A DNA stretch of 64,000 nucleotides from Octopus sinensis (lineage: Eukaryota). How positions within the stretch are numbered: position 1 is the first letter of the stretch; each line of letters begins with the position of its first letter. Positions 23,131 to 35,348 of the stretch are shown piece after piece. The position numbers and the translations under genes are program-made. The notes beneath the pieces were generated by a model. That model was not told where the DNA came from. It searched no databases and saw nothing but the letters and a program-made list of their open reading frames with translations. The stretch is taken from positions 80,910,001 to 80,974,000 of the forward strand of contig NC_043004.1 in assembly GCF_006345805.1 (NCBI RefSeq). Reading direction: 5' to 3'.

Positions 23131-25675
23131 TTTTGACTGCTTTGTAATTCTGTGTGTTTTATGCTAGCATGGTTACATTTTGCTTTTCTATACCTTCCTA
23201 CGAATGTTTTTCCATTGCTCGTGTGTTAAAAATTCCAGTTCGTGACAATCCTAGTACTGAACATACCACCCTGCCGATCATCTAACTGTTTTTAATGTCC
23301 ATTTCTAGTTTGCGGACTTTTTTTTTCTAGTGCCTGGTAAAAAAAAAAAATCGTTTTGCGTGGAGACAAAATGTTGATGCTGTTCAAAGAAACGGTTTCG
23401 CTTTCGTAAAGATAGATTCTTTACGATCTTGTGGCAGAGAGGATTACTTGCTCAAGAAAATGGTCTTTTTTTCTACCGTTTCTCCTTCGCCCCCTCTCCT
23501 CTCTCTCTCTCCCCCCTCTCTCTCTCTCTCTTCCTTCTTTCTCCACAAACACACACATACACACACATACATCCTCATTTGCATATTACTGCTGACGATC
23601 TCATTAAAGATGGGAGATATTTTCTATCTATCAGCGCATGTTTGTTTTGCACAATACGTATTCGGGTTTAGATAATTCTGTATGAGAAGGTTTACGGAAG
23701 TACGCACTTTCCTTCGTGACTGCTATGGTTGTTTCATAGATTAACTGATTTATCCTGGTCAAATTGATGCTCACGTCTGTTGCCAGAATGTCTACGATAG
23801 CCACGCTTGCAGCTTTTTTTTTCTCTTTTTCCGGTTTCTTTTTTATTCACATTACTATTTTATCGTAAAGTTGTGTCTTTGATTGTTGCTATTTTATCGT
23901 TAAGCTTTGTCTTTGATGTTACTATTTTATCGCTTAGTTCTGTCTTTCATTTGTGCATATAAAATTCGTTTTTTTTTTCTTATCGATTTATAGTATTATT
24001 GTATATTTTATTACTTCGTTCTGCATTTACATTATTGTCATATTCAAAATTTCCAGTGTTAGAACTTTTTAGACTTAAATTCACCTGGGTTCATATTTTC
24101 CTTGCTGCAAATCCGTTACGTCTTTTATTTGTTGATATTCTGTAGATATTACTAAGGTTTCATTTTCTGTGTTTTTCTATTAATTTCTTTTGCTGAAATA
24201 TCTTCAAGATTTATAGTGTTATAACGTTTACAGTCTTAATGTTTTTATTTCGGTTATTTATATTTTTTACTGCTTTTCCCTTTCTCCTTCGTTGTTTGTA
24301 TTTCATTCTTTGTGTTTTGTGTATCCTTTCTTCAAATTGTTATATACACCCGATATATCCTGGCCTTTAAATATTTATCTTCTTAAGTTAATTACTTTCT
24401 CGGGATCAAAAGTTACTCCCACAACAGAGCAATTTTCTCTCCGGATATTATACCCGTATGTTGTTATAATAGTCTTGTTTATTTACTTGTTTATTTATTT
24501 TTTTTACTTTTAGGGCGGAGCATTGTTGTAAAATATACAGATAAAAAGAAGACGTTTTCCTTTGGAACTCTTTTATGCATTTTCTGTTTGCAGGACTTGA
24601 AGAGTAATCTCCCTTTATATGGATTCTCCTCCATTTTTCTTTTTATATCGGGTAAAGATTTATTCGCATCCGATGATGTAGAATTTTTGCATACTCCATC
24701 CGTTTCCCCCGTTTCTTTTGCATCAAATTCGATGGAAATTTTCCTATTTCACCCTTGGCTCAAATTTGTAATGTTTATTAAACTGTGTTCGGTCTTAATT
24801 TTAATGTTTTTAATAGTTTGCATTAAACTGAATTCGTCTGGTCTTAATTTTATTTAAACGCTAACACTGTATTTACATATGGTGTCCAGTCGGTGAATAA
24901 TGATGTGTGTGTCTGTGAGGACAAAGTATAATAAAATTAAAATAACACATTTCTTAGATTTAAACACATTACTTAGACAACATTTACGTCTGATGATTTC
25001 TGTTTCCTTCATTGTTATTCAGTCGGTATTAATGGATATTAATTTGGAACAGAAGAGTAGCTATGTCCGTTGTTATTTCAGATTGTTTAAGTTCTGTTTA
25101 AAGAAGAAGATGAGGGAGAATCAGACGGACAGAGCGGTAATCTACACATCCATCCCAACAGTAAATTTATAAAAAGACGAGGGAGATGACGAGCAGGATT
25201 CGTGTAGATGAGCCAGTCCTCAACACACGCCTGTTGGCTGGATAACAACAACGAAGAGAGGACCCTCTCCACTCGGAAATCAGTGTGATTCTAGATAAAC
25301 GAAGTTTCTTTCATTAACTCCTGTTGCATCTCTTGACGAAATTTTCTTTCTCGTTCTTTTATTATTATTTGTTATTATTTTCTTCTTTTATAAAAACAAA
25401 AAGTCCTTTTTATGTAAACCCCTAGCGCTATGTATCATTTTCTGCAATGTTCCCAACGGTTTTAGGGCATTATAGCTATTAAAGAAATTATTACCAACAT
25501 CATCGTCGTTGTCAGCATCAACTCTTTTGTTGCCATATTTCTATTCAAATAGACAGCATTTCTTCTTTCAATTAATTTTTAGAATAATTTCGACATTATT
25601 ACGTTGGTATTTGGAATGTAGATTAATACGAAACTTCGATGGGAGTTTTGAATTTCGACAACTTTAATCCTTTTG

Positions 25676-25709
<34 letters not shown>

Positions 25710-25712
<3 letters not shown>

Positions 25713-26180
25713 TAAGTACCAGTCACGCACTGGGGTCGATGTAATCGACTTAATCCGTTTGTCTGTCCTTGTTTGTCCCCTCTGTGTTTAGCCCCTTGTT
25801 GGTAGTAAAGAAATAGGTATTTCGTATGTCTTTACATTTTCAGTTCAAATTCCGCCGAGGTCGATTTTGCCTTTCACCCTTTCGAGATCGATAAATTAAG
25901 TACCAGTGGAATACTGGGATCGGTCTAGTCGAGTGGCCCTTCCCCCAAAATTTCGGGCCTTGCGCCTGGAGTAAAAAAGAATCGTTAGCACGCCGGGAAA
26001 ATCCTTAGCGAGATTTCGTCCATCTGCACGTTTAAAGTTCAAATTCCGCCGAGGTCACCTTTACCTTTCATCCTTTCGGGGTCAATAAACTGAGTACCAC
26101 TGAGACACTGGGGTCGATGTAATCGACTAGTCCCCATCCCCAAAATTTCAGGCCTTGTACCTTTAGTAGAAAGGATTATT
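25710..26180 (+). mobile_element. SINE family B multimer (three partial units)
   Basis: Units joined at AAAGAAATAG/GTATTTCG (25816/25817) and GTAAAAAAG/AATCGTTAGC (about 25980). Confidence 0.9.
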
Positions 26181-26852
26181 AAGTTGTTTGGAACGCAAAT
26201 TTACGTGAAATTATGAGGTAAGGGTTTTAATGTAGATCATTTTACAACAGAAAATTTGTATCACAGAATCAGGAGTATAATACTCCAAAGAATTTCATGT
26301 CCAGTCCTCGATTGTTCAAAGGTAGATGGCAAACAGTTCGATCCGTATGCAGCTGCCTCTCTCTCTCGTATTTTGTACTATCCACGCAATGCCGTTGCTG
26401 TATTCTGAACTCTCCCCCGTTCGATTTTCTTTTTCTCTTTTTAACAGAAAGTAAACGAGATTACTTGTCTCGTTCCTTGCTCACTTCCTGTATGCTTATA
26501 TATATATACATACCTACGTCATTTAAACTCTACCAAAATCGTCGTTATATATCTCTCATCACAAATGCTTATCTCTCCTCATTCAGGAAACATTGTAAAT
26601 TCTCTTCCTTCATTATATTTTCTCGTTATTTGCACTGATTATAGATATACATAACAATATATATATGCATGTATGGGTACAGGACGTCACCAACAGTAGA
26701 CAACATGAAATACGAAAACAAATGAGTTCTATACGCAAAGAGAAACAAAAGAGAAACAAATGGAAAATAGGACAAGTATTGAACGACAATACATACAAAC
26801 ATACATACATACATACATACATACATACATAACATACATACATACATACTAC

Positions 26853-26898
<46 letters not shown>

Positions 26899-26905
26899 AT
26901 ATATA

Positions 26906-27970
26906 TCAGGTCATTAAGAATGAAATGTCCGTTTTCTTGGACATTTATTACTCTGTTTTATCCTGACATAATCACTTTTCGAAATGCAATTCACGGTGTC
27001 TGATTATATTGTGAGTTCTCTCTTGTAAATCAAGTTTTGTGAACTCTTGGATAAATAAAAAAAAATTCGAAACGTCAATGAGGTGTTTGGTGAAGATGTG
27101 GCGAATGAGCACACTGTACGACGATGGTTTGAGAAGTTCCAATCTGGTGACTTTACTCATGAAAGTCAAACCCGTACTAAACCTGAGATCAAGGTGGATA
27201 ATGATGAGCTGGAAGCTGTAGTAGAAGCGGATACATCTCAAACCATGCGTGAGTTAGCAGCAAGGATTGAGGTTTCGATTCCAACTATATTGGACCATCT
27301 GAAACAAATCGGCAAGGTAAAGAAGCTGGACAAGTGGTTACCATACGAACTGAACGAGCATCAAGTGACACGTCGTCTCGAAACTTGTTGTTCTTCGCTG
27401 TCTCGGGATAAAAGCGAACCATTTTTGCCTCGTGTTGTTAGGTGTGATGAAAAATGGATTCTTTTCAACAATAGCAAGCATTCTCGCACTGTAGTTGGAT
27501 GGAGACGAAGTACCAAAACATAATCCAAAAGAGAATATTCACCAAAAAAGGCTAATAATGTCTGTTTGGTAGTCCATCGCTTGTGTCATCCACTACAGCT
27601 CCATGAGACCTGGTAAGTCAATTACAACGGATGTAAACATCAGCCAATTGGATAAAATGATGAGTGAACTTGCAATTAAACAACTGAGATTGGTCAACAG
27701 AGACAGGCCAGTTCTCTTGCAAGACAATGCTCAACCACATGTTGCACAAAGAACATGTGGAACTGAACTTTTGAAATACACTGTCATCCACCATATTCAC
27801 CAGACCTTACACCAACTGACCATCATGTTTGCCGGGCATAAGATAATTCTTTGCAAGGGAAAACTTCAAATCTGAAGAAGATGCAAAAACAACCTTTCGT
27901 GATTTTATCAACTCTTGCTCTTCAGAATTCTTCGCTGTCGGCATAAATAAGCTACCGATAAAATGGCAAA
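26906..27970 (+). mobile_element. Decayed mariner (DD34D-type) transposon
   Basis: VFGEDVANEHTVRRWFEKF, SGDF, TMRELA, KVKKLDKWLPYEL, CDEKWILFNN, LLQDNAQPHVA, YSPDL, GINKLPIKWQ; starts TA-TCAGGTCATTAAG. Confidence 0.92.
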
Positions 27971-28362
27971 ATCACCATCATCATCAGCACACCATTTCCT
28001 CTACTACCACCACGTCTGCCACCGTTACTATCATCCCTACCACCACCACCTTTACTTCAACCGCCACCACCACCGCTTGCATCTCAACACATCTAGCACA
28101 AACATCACCTCCACCACTAGCACCGTCGCTATTATCACTTTACCACCACCTCCCCTTATTCCACACTTATTTCCCCAGCCACTCCACCACCACCACCTCC
28201 ACCGCTACCATTATTTCTAACACAACTCTTACCACCACCACCACCCTCGCCGTCACCAATTCTTTCAGTCTAAAATTCCTTGCTTTACACTACTTTCTCA
28301 GACCAACATGTGGTAAACAGACCTGTGGTAGTAGTAGTAGTAGTAGTAGCAGTAGTAGTAGC

Positions 28363-28401
<39 letters not shown>

Positions 28402-29050
28402 GGTTGTGGTGGTGGTGGTGATGGTAGTAGTAGTGGTTGTAGTAGTTGTAGTAGTAGTAGTAGTAGTAAGGCGGCGAGCTGGCAGAATCGTTAGCACGCC
28501 GGGCGAAATGCTTTGCGGTATTTCGTCGGTCGCTACGTTCTGAGTTCAAATTCCGCCGAGGTCGACTTTGCCTTTCATCCTTTCGGGGTCGATAAATTAA
28601 GTACCAGTTACGCACTGGGGTCGATATAATCGACTTAATCCGTTTGTATGTCCTTGTTTGTCCTCTCTGTGTTTAGCCCCTTGTGGGCAGTAAAGAAATA
28701 AGTAGTAGTAGTAGTAGTAGTGGTGGTGGTGGTGGGTTGGTAGGAGTTGTGGTGATAGAGGAACAATGGAAAGAGAACAAGGACGGGAAAAGAAGAAAAG
28801 GACGACGACGACGACGATGACGATGATGATGATGGTGATGATGATGATGATAATGATGATGATGGTGGTGGTGGTGGTGATGATGACTGCGACCACTACG
28901 AGTGTGATGGTGATGATGATGGTGATTATGATGATGATAATAATTATGACGACGGCGACGATGTCGACGACTACGAGGGTGATGATGATGATGATGATGG
29001 TGATTATTATTATGATGATGATGATGATGATGACGACGACGACGGCGACA
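27970..29050. repeat. Trinucleotide low-complexity block (CAC/TAG/GAT) containing a SINE-B copy at 28469-28701
   Basis: Direct reading; GGCGGCGAGCTGGCAGAATCGTTAGC...AAAGAAATAAG inserted in (TAG)n. Confidence 0.9.
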
Positions 29051-29094
29051 AAACGACCACAAGAAAGAGGAATGCAGAGTTTCATTATGCATCT

Positions 29095-29326
29095 GTTTTA
29101 TGCTATGTGTCGTTGTTCCAGGTCTTTTAGCAAATCACTCCTAATTGCAAACCCAACTCCAACTTCTCTTTTCTCTCCCTTCGGCTTCTCAGCCCAGAAT
29201 AATGTGAAACTTGCCGCTCTTTCGACAAGATGATCTTCATCTTGAACATCTTGTTTCAGAACAAAAAGGAGAGCTGTTCTTTCAGGCCTATCTGCTTAAC
29301 CTAAAATGGTTCTCACATTCCAACAG
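29095..29326 (-). mobile_element. RTE LINE apurinic endonuclease N-terminal fragment
   Basis: Reverse complement reads WNVRTI..DRPERTALL...FTLFWAEKPKGEKREVGVGFAIRSDLL across small deletions. Confidence 0.8.
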
Positions 29327-29369
29327 ACCGGATTAAGAGAAACCTTATTCTTTGCATATGTGTTACATA

Positions 29370-29752
29370 GAGGCGCAATGGCCCAGTGGTTAGGGCAGCG
29401 GACTCGCTGTCATAGGATCGCGGTTTCGATTCCCAGACCGGGCGTTGTGAGTGTTTATTGAGCGAAACACCTAAAAGCTCCACGAGGCTCCGGCAGGGGA
29501 TGGTGGTGATCCCTGCTGTTACTCTTTCACCACAACTTTCTCTCACTCGTACTTCCTTTTTTCTGTTGTACCTGTATTTCAAAGGGCCGGCCTTGTCACC
29601 TCTGTGTCACACCTGAATATCCCCGAGAACTACGTTAAGGATGCACGTGTCTGTGGAGTGCTCAGCCACTTACACGTTAATTTCACGAGCAGGCTGTTCC
29701 GTTGATTCGGATCAACCGGAACCCTTATCGTCGTAATCGACGGAGTGCTTCC
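29370..29752 (+). mobile_element. tRNA-derived SINE family C, full length
   Basis: A box TGGCCCAGTGG, B box GGTTTCGATTCC, body, tail CGGAACCCTTATCGTCGTAATCGACGGAGTGC. Confidence 0.9.
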
Positions 29753-30474
29753 ATATCCGTTACCATTGTTCATATCAATTCTTTGTTCATTCCTGCTAAA
29801 TTGAGCCATCGTTAGCCGCAGTCAACTAACCAGCAGGGAGAGGACAGACAATGTTTAGCATATGTTAAATAGCTGAAGGATTAAAATTAATGAAAGGGCA
29901 TAATAAGTATGTGTACCTGCTGGAAATAACAGTCAAAACTCTTATTTAAATCGCCAAAATACACTGATAATAATTACAGAAATCAACCGTCCGAAGGCAA
30001 ACAGGCTAAGACAATCTCTCGGCATACATTCAAGTATTTAGACTCACGTGGACCGGTTTCTGGACTGGTATGATTGCCTCACATCCCTCAGCACGCGTTA
30101 CCATAATGGAGAACCTCAACCGTCATGCTGAAGCCTGCGCTGCAAATGACACGTTTTGAGTCGAATCATCGCAGCCACCAGTGTGAAAATAATTTCAATA
30201 CGGAGCAAATAATTCACGAGAAAATAATTTGCGGAGATACAATTGACTCTATTATTATCTAGTGTTTTAATTAATTTTAATCCTTCGGCTATATAATGCT
30301 TTTTGGGGCCTGCAATTGCCTATCTTATTGATTTTGTTATTATCCTTTTTAAATTGTTACACTACCAGGCTTAAAAAAGTACTGCGGTTGATTAATTTGC
30401 CCAGAAATAATTCTTCAATGCGGTGCCCAACATGACCGTAGTCTACAGACAGTAAAAATGAAGTATATGTATAT

Positions 30475-30652
30475 ATGGGGCAGGAGTGGCTGTGTGGTAA
30501 GAAGCTTGCTTCCCAACCACATGGTTCCGGGTTCACTCTCACAGCATGGTACCATGGGCAAGTGTCTTCTACTATGGCCCCGAACCAACAAAAGACTTAC
30601 GAATGGATTTCGTAGACGAAAACTGGAAGAAGCCCGTTGTATATATATATAT
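30475..30652 (+). mobile_element. SINE family A, 5' half, ending in (TA)n
   Basis: GGGGCAGGAGTGGCTGTGTGGTAAGAAGC...GAAGAAGCCCGTTGTATATA. Confidence 0.85.
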
Positions 30653-30688
30653 ATGCTTCTATTGATGTGCGATCCCAGAATAACAGGT

Positions 30689-30761
30689 GTCTTACTGATG
30701 AATCTGCCTGAGTAAATAAATTATATTTATTGCTGAAAAAGACGAAACTGCAGTATAAGAT
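30689..30761 (+). ncRNA. Type I hammerhead motif with extended stem II (copy 1)
   Basis: GTCTTA-CTGATGA-ATCT..AGTAAATAAA-TTATA-TTTATTGCT..AGAC-GAAAC-TGCA-GTA-TAAGAT; predicted cleavage after 30755; the first stem-II pair is an A.C mismatch. Confidence 0.7.
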
Positions 30762-31099
30762 GAACCAAGTTTGTAACGTTTTTAATTTTCATTTCACTAA
30801 ATTTCCAGCTTTTGTGTATCTAGTGCAACACTTCTTCTTTTAGAAGCCTTTTAATGTACTTATATATGAATAATATATGGCCTGTGCTAGATCACCAGCG
30901 ATAATAATTAATATTATTTTATCGCATTTTGACTTTGTTTACGTATTTCTCGATAAATTTTGAGCGTTAGACTATGTACCAGAACCCCCTTAGTTGGTCG
31001 GGTACGTTCTGCGTCTGCGCAGTGATCTGAATAGTTAGAGAGAGCAAATTAGTAGAGACGCACATGCTTCTATTGATGTGCGATCCCAGAATAACAGGT

Positions 31100-31172
31100 G
31101 TCTTACTGATGAATCTGCCTGAGTAAATAAATTATATTTATTGCTGAAAAAGACGAAACTGCAGTATAAGAT
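31100..31172 (+). ncRNA. Type I hammerhead motif with extended stem II (copy 2)
   Basis: Identical to 30689-30761 at +411; predicted cleavage after 31166. Confidence 0.7.
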
Positions 31173-31352
31173 GAACCAAGTTTGTAAACGTTTTTAATTT
31201 TCATTTCACTAAATTTATCCAGCTTTTGTGTATCTAGTACACACTTCTTCTTTTAGAAGCCTTTTAATGTACTTATATATGAATAATATATGGCCTGTGC
31301 TAGATCACCAGCGATAATAATTAATTTTATTTTATCGCATTTTGACTTTGTT

Positions 31353-31445
<93 letters not shown>

Positions 31446-31535
31446 TACCGAATAATTGTCACATATTACATTTACAGATCCTCTATTTACATAATATCGA
31501 GGTCTCTTTCTTTTGTTGTCTTACCATTTTTATAT

Positions 31536-31628
<93 letters not shown>

Positions 31629-31639
31629 TATATATTATA

Positions 31640-31800
31640 TAGTGAGAATTTGCAGAAAAACAAAAGACGAAGACGGGTGTGTAAACAACAAACCGCTTAT
31701 TAGTTTAATGCCCGGGAAGTAAGAAAGTCTTTTACGCTGTTCAACAGAAAGGAACATAGAAATAAACAGGGAGAGAGAGAGAAAATGAAACAGCTTTAAT
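31640..31800 (-). mobile_element. Copy of the CUGUUGA-hammerhead element with the ribozyme centre deleted
   Basis: Reverse complement CCTTT-CTGTTGA-ACAGC-GTA-AAAGACTT: 13 nt lost between two CGTA repeats relative to 12493-12530 and 52450-52490. Confidence 0.7.
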
Positions 31801-31859
31801 GGCTAGCGATCCATCATATGTATGTATGTATGCATGCATGTATGTATGTATGTACTTGT

Positions 31860-32070
31860 GTGTCTGTGTTTGTCCACACACCATCGCTTGACAACCGATG
31901 TTGGTGTGTTTACGTCCCCGTAGCCTAGCGGTTCGGCAAAAAAACCCGGTAGAATAAGTACTAGGCTTACAAAGAATAAGTCCTGGGAGGGGTCGATTTG
32001 TTCGACTAAAGTCGGTGCTCCGGCATGGCCGCAGTGAAATGACTGAAACAAGTAAAAGAACAAAAGAATA
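31860..32070 (+). mobile_element. SINE family A, 3' half
   Basis: CCATCGCTTGACAACCGATG...GGTGCTCCGGCATGGCCGCAGTGAAATGACTGAAACAAG. Confidence 0.85.
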
Positions 32071-32445
32071 CTGCATGGGGACATCCAGAGAGGCGGTGGT
32101 TCTAATTGACTGAACGACTGAATGTATTTCGTCGAAACAGACGAGCATCACAATAAATCCTCGATAATTAATCTCAATTAACAACAGGTGCTCAGGTCAC
32201 TAAACTCTACAATGTTATTTATTACATTGCAGCACAACCACCGGGAGGGACTAACTTTCATTCAGGTGTGTGTGTGTGTGATAAATTTCCCATATAGTTC
32301 ATATTACAGTTGTACTCAACAGCTGTTTCATTAACATTAACTCTCCCAAATGTATAATTGCATAACTGTGATATGTAAATAATCTAAATTAAATTATGTC
32401 AAATTAATTTTAAAACAAGGGTTATCCAAATGAGCAACAATGCTG

Positions 32446-32483
<38 letters not shown>

Positions 32484-32659
32484 ATATATATATATAAACA
32501 AATCAAATGCGATAAAATAAAAATAATTATAATCGCTGGTATTACTAACACAAGCCATATATTTTCAATTATCAGTACATTAAGCGAAATATGTGCTAGG
32601 AATACAGAAGCTTGATAAATTAAGTGAAATGAGATAAACACATTTACTAAACCGGTAAT

Positions 32660-32731
32660 TCTCATACTGCAGTTTCTTTCTTTTCAGCAATAAAGATAAT
32701 TTATTTGCCCAGGGAGAATTCTTCAGTGAGA
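32660..32731 (-). ncRNA. Diverged third copy of the extended-stem-II hammerhead, within element about 32425-32830
   Basis: Reverse complement TCTCA-CTGAAGA-ATTCT..GGGCAAATAAA-TTATC-TTTATTGCT..AGAAA-GAAAC-TGCA-GTA-TGAGA; flanks are homologous to 30760-30950. Confidence 0.7.
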
Positions 32732-32867
32732 CCATATATATACATATATGCAACTTATAAATAAGAGCATAAGAAAAAATTCTTATGCCAGATATGCCGA
32801 GAAATAGACTTTAAATCGTCATATAACCACATATGATTCATCACTATGTGTGTGTGTGTGTGTGTGT

Positions 32868-33560
32868 GTACTGAACATCAGGGGACTGTTAACACTTAGT
32901 AAGAGGACCAAAAACTCCTTTTCTTGAGAGACCTTGTTGCATGCGATCAATCCTTATGCATAGCACTTACGGAAACACACCTGAAACCAGATATAGCAAA
33001 TGCAGAAATACACATACCACAGTTTGTTGTTTTACGGACCGACAGGAAAGAAAGGAGTCATGGTAGAGTTGCTATGTACATCCGCGAAGACCTCACACCC
33101 CAGGTCCTTTTGTCACATTCAAACTCAGTATGTGACACACTAATTGTACATATAAGATAACTCGATGTTGTTATATGTGCTACATGTCGCCCTCCAGATG
33201 CTCCGAATCATGTAGGCAAGTTTTAAGACTGCCTTACAAAAATAGAAGTTCTAGTCACATTAGAACAACACATAAGTGTACTTCTTATAGGAGACTTCAA
33301 TCTGCCCAATGTCAGATGGCCAGAGGGCCTTTCTCTCCCAGGAATGACACGATACGAACAAGGACGGGTGAAGTCCCTCCTGAACTTCATCAACACTTTG
33401 TACATGGAACAAATAGTACTCCAACCAACCAGGGCAGGTAACATACTAGATATCTGCTTCACAAATAATATGGATCTCATCATAATGTAAAAGTGACACC
33501 GACGCTACTCTCGGATCACAATATGTTAGAGCTGACCATATAAGGACGAAAGGAAACCAT
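32868..33560 (+). mobile_element. LINE (CR1/L2/Jockey-type) AP endonuclease domain, decayed
   Basis: LNIRGL, IALTETHL, VLRTDRK, CRPP, LLIGDFNLPNVRW, QPTRAGNILDICFTN, LSDHNML, with in-frame stops. Confidence 0.9.
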
Positions 33561-33629
33561 CAAGCTAATCGAGTGAGCCCTCCCCACAAATTTTGTTTGC
33601 CTTGTGCCTAGTGTAGAAAAGTATATAAC

Positions 33630-34290
33630 TCTTTTACTTTTTTATTTGATGCAGTCATTTCACTGCGGCTCTGCTGGAGCAGCGCCTTTGAGCCGAACGA
33701 ATCGACCTCAGAACTTATTCCTTGTAAGCCAGTTACTTATTCTATCAGTCTCTTTTGTCGAGCTGCTAATTTACGGGGACGTAAACACACCAACGTCGGT
33801 TGTCAAGCGATAGGGGTGGGGATAAGCACAGACACACAGACATATACATATATATATATATAGATATATATACGACGGGCTTCTTTCAGTTTCTGTCTAC
33901 CAAAACCACTCACAAGGCTTTTGTATTGCATTTGAGGCGAAAACAGGGCTGTGCGGTAAGACGCTTTCTTCCCAACCACATGGTCCTGGGTTCAGTCTCG
34001 CCGTGTGGCATCTGAAGTAAGTACCTTTTTCCTATAGCCTGGAGTTGATCAAAGGCTTGTAACTGGATTTAGGAAACAGAAACTGAAAGATCGTGTGTTT
34101 GTGCGCGCGTACGTCCCTGCACGTACACGTGCGAGCTTCTTCGTGTTTGTATCCCGCCACTGTTTGACAATCAGTGTTGGTTTGTTAATGTTCCCGAAAT
34201 AGTATGGGCGGATAGTATAAGCACTAGCCTTTAAATTAATTACTGGACCGCAGTCCAATCACTGAAACAGGTAAAAGATAAAAGATATGT
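33630..34290. mobile_element. Two decayed SINE-A copies in opposite orientations
   Basis: Minus copy about 33630-33925; plus copy about 33945-34290. Confidence 0.75.
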
Positions 34291-34304
34291 GTGTATATAT
34301 ATAG

Positions 34305-34343
<39 letters not shown>

Positions 34344-34380
34344 TATAATATTATATATATATATATATTATATATATATG

Positions 34381-34760
34381 TCAGGTCACTTCGAGTGCTA
34401 CTGATAACATGTAACCTAGTACAACCTGTTGCATGGTCGGGTCGTCGGCGACTAAACCGGCAACCCCACCAAGCTTGCTTGGTGAGGAGGGTATTTATTG
34501 GACACCCTGCAAGATGAAAATCAAAACCCGTCAAAGGGCGGAGGAACTCTTGAGAGTCAACGGCCATCCAGTAAATGTCTTAAGGCTGTATCATGCGCGG
34601 GGACATAGAAATAATCAGACGTAATACCCGATCGCGCGGTTAAACCATTGGGAGTGAAGGACTCCTAGCCTTTGTTAGGGCGTCCTCTAGGAGAAGGTAA
34701 CTCAGGTAACTGGGATAACTCCGACAAAAAACCTGCGGCTCAGTGGTTAGCGATGATGTT
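34381..34760 (+). mobile_element. Probable RTE-type LINE 5' UTR fragment
   Basis: GC-rich and structured; contains CTCCTAGCCTTTGTTAGGGCGTCCTCTAGGAGAAGGTAACTC, resembling from memory the CTAGGAGAAGG..AACTC motif of RTE 5' UTRs; no ORF follows. Confidence 0.5.
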
Positions 34761-34944
34761 GACTTGTTCTTCTTTTCGGATTATGGCTGCGGTTGCTTGA
34801 CTCAGGGTACAGCGTTTCCTCACTTTAAAAAAATCTTCTTGTACAGGCATTGCACGATAACAACATTAAGATTTGTGCAATGGTCATACTCGATAACGAG
34901 GGGGCAGTCACGTATATATATATATATATATATTTATATTATTT

Positions 34945-35348
34945 TATTCTTTTACTTGTTTCAGTCATTTGACTGCGGCCATGCTGGAGCACCGCCTTTT
35001 AATCGAGCAACTCGACCCCGGGACTTATTCATTTGTAAGCCCAGTACTTATTCTATCGGCCTCTTTTGCCGAACCGCTAAGTAACGGGGACATAAACACA
35101 CCAGCATCGGTTGTCAATCAATGCTAGGGGGACAAACACAGGCACACAAACACACACACGCATATATATACACATACATATACACGACGGGCTTCTTTCA
35201 GTTTCCGTCTACCAAATCCACTCACAAGGCTTTCGTCGGCCCGAGGCTATAGTAGAAGACACTTGCCCAAGGTGCTACGCATTGGGACTGAACCCGGAAC
35301 CATGTGGTTGGTAAACAAGCTATTTACCACACGCCACTCCTGCGCCTA
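34945..35348 (-). mobile_element. SINE family A, full length
   Basis: Near-consensus copy from TTTTACTTGTTTCAGTCATTTGACTGCGG to CCACTCCTGCGCC. Confidence 0.92.

Larger units (their letters stand above)
30653..31356 (+). repeat. 411-bp head-to-tail repeat (about 1.7 copies), each unit carrying a hammerhead motif
   Basis: ATGCTTCTATTGATGTGCGATCCCAG at 30653 and 31064; the units are nearly identical with a few small indels; (TA)n on both sides. Confidence 0.92.

Noticed and set aside
24594-24651. Possible plus-strand micro-exon (TTTTCTGTTTGCAG ... CGG/GTAAAG)
   Set aside because: Good acceptor but mediocre donor, uninformative peptide, and no partner exons; such words are common in T-rich DNA.
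29370-29445. tRNA gene
   Set aside because: The tRNA-like head continues into a multicopy SINE body, with no complete acceptor stem or poly-T terminator; the same applies to the family A and B heads.
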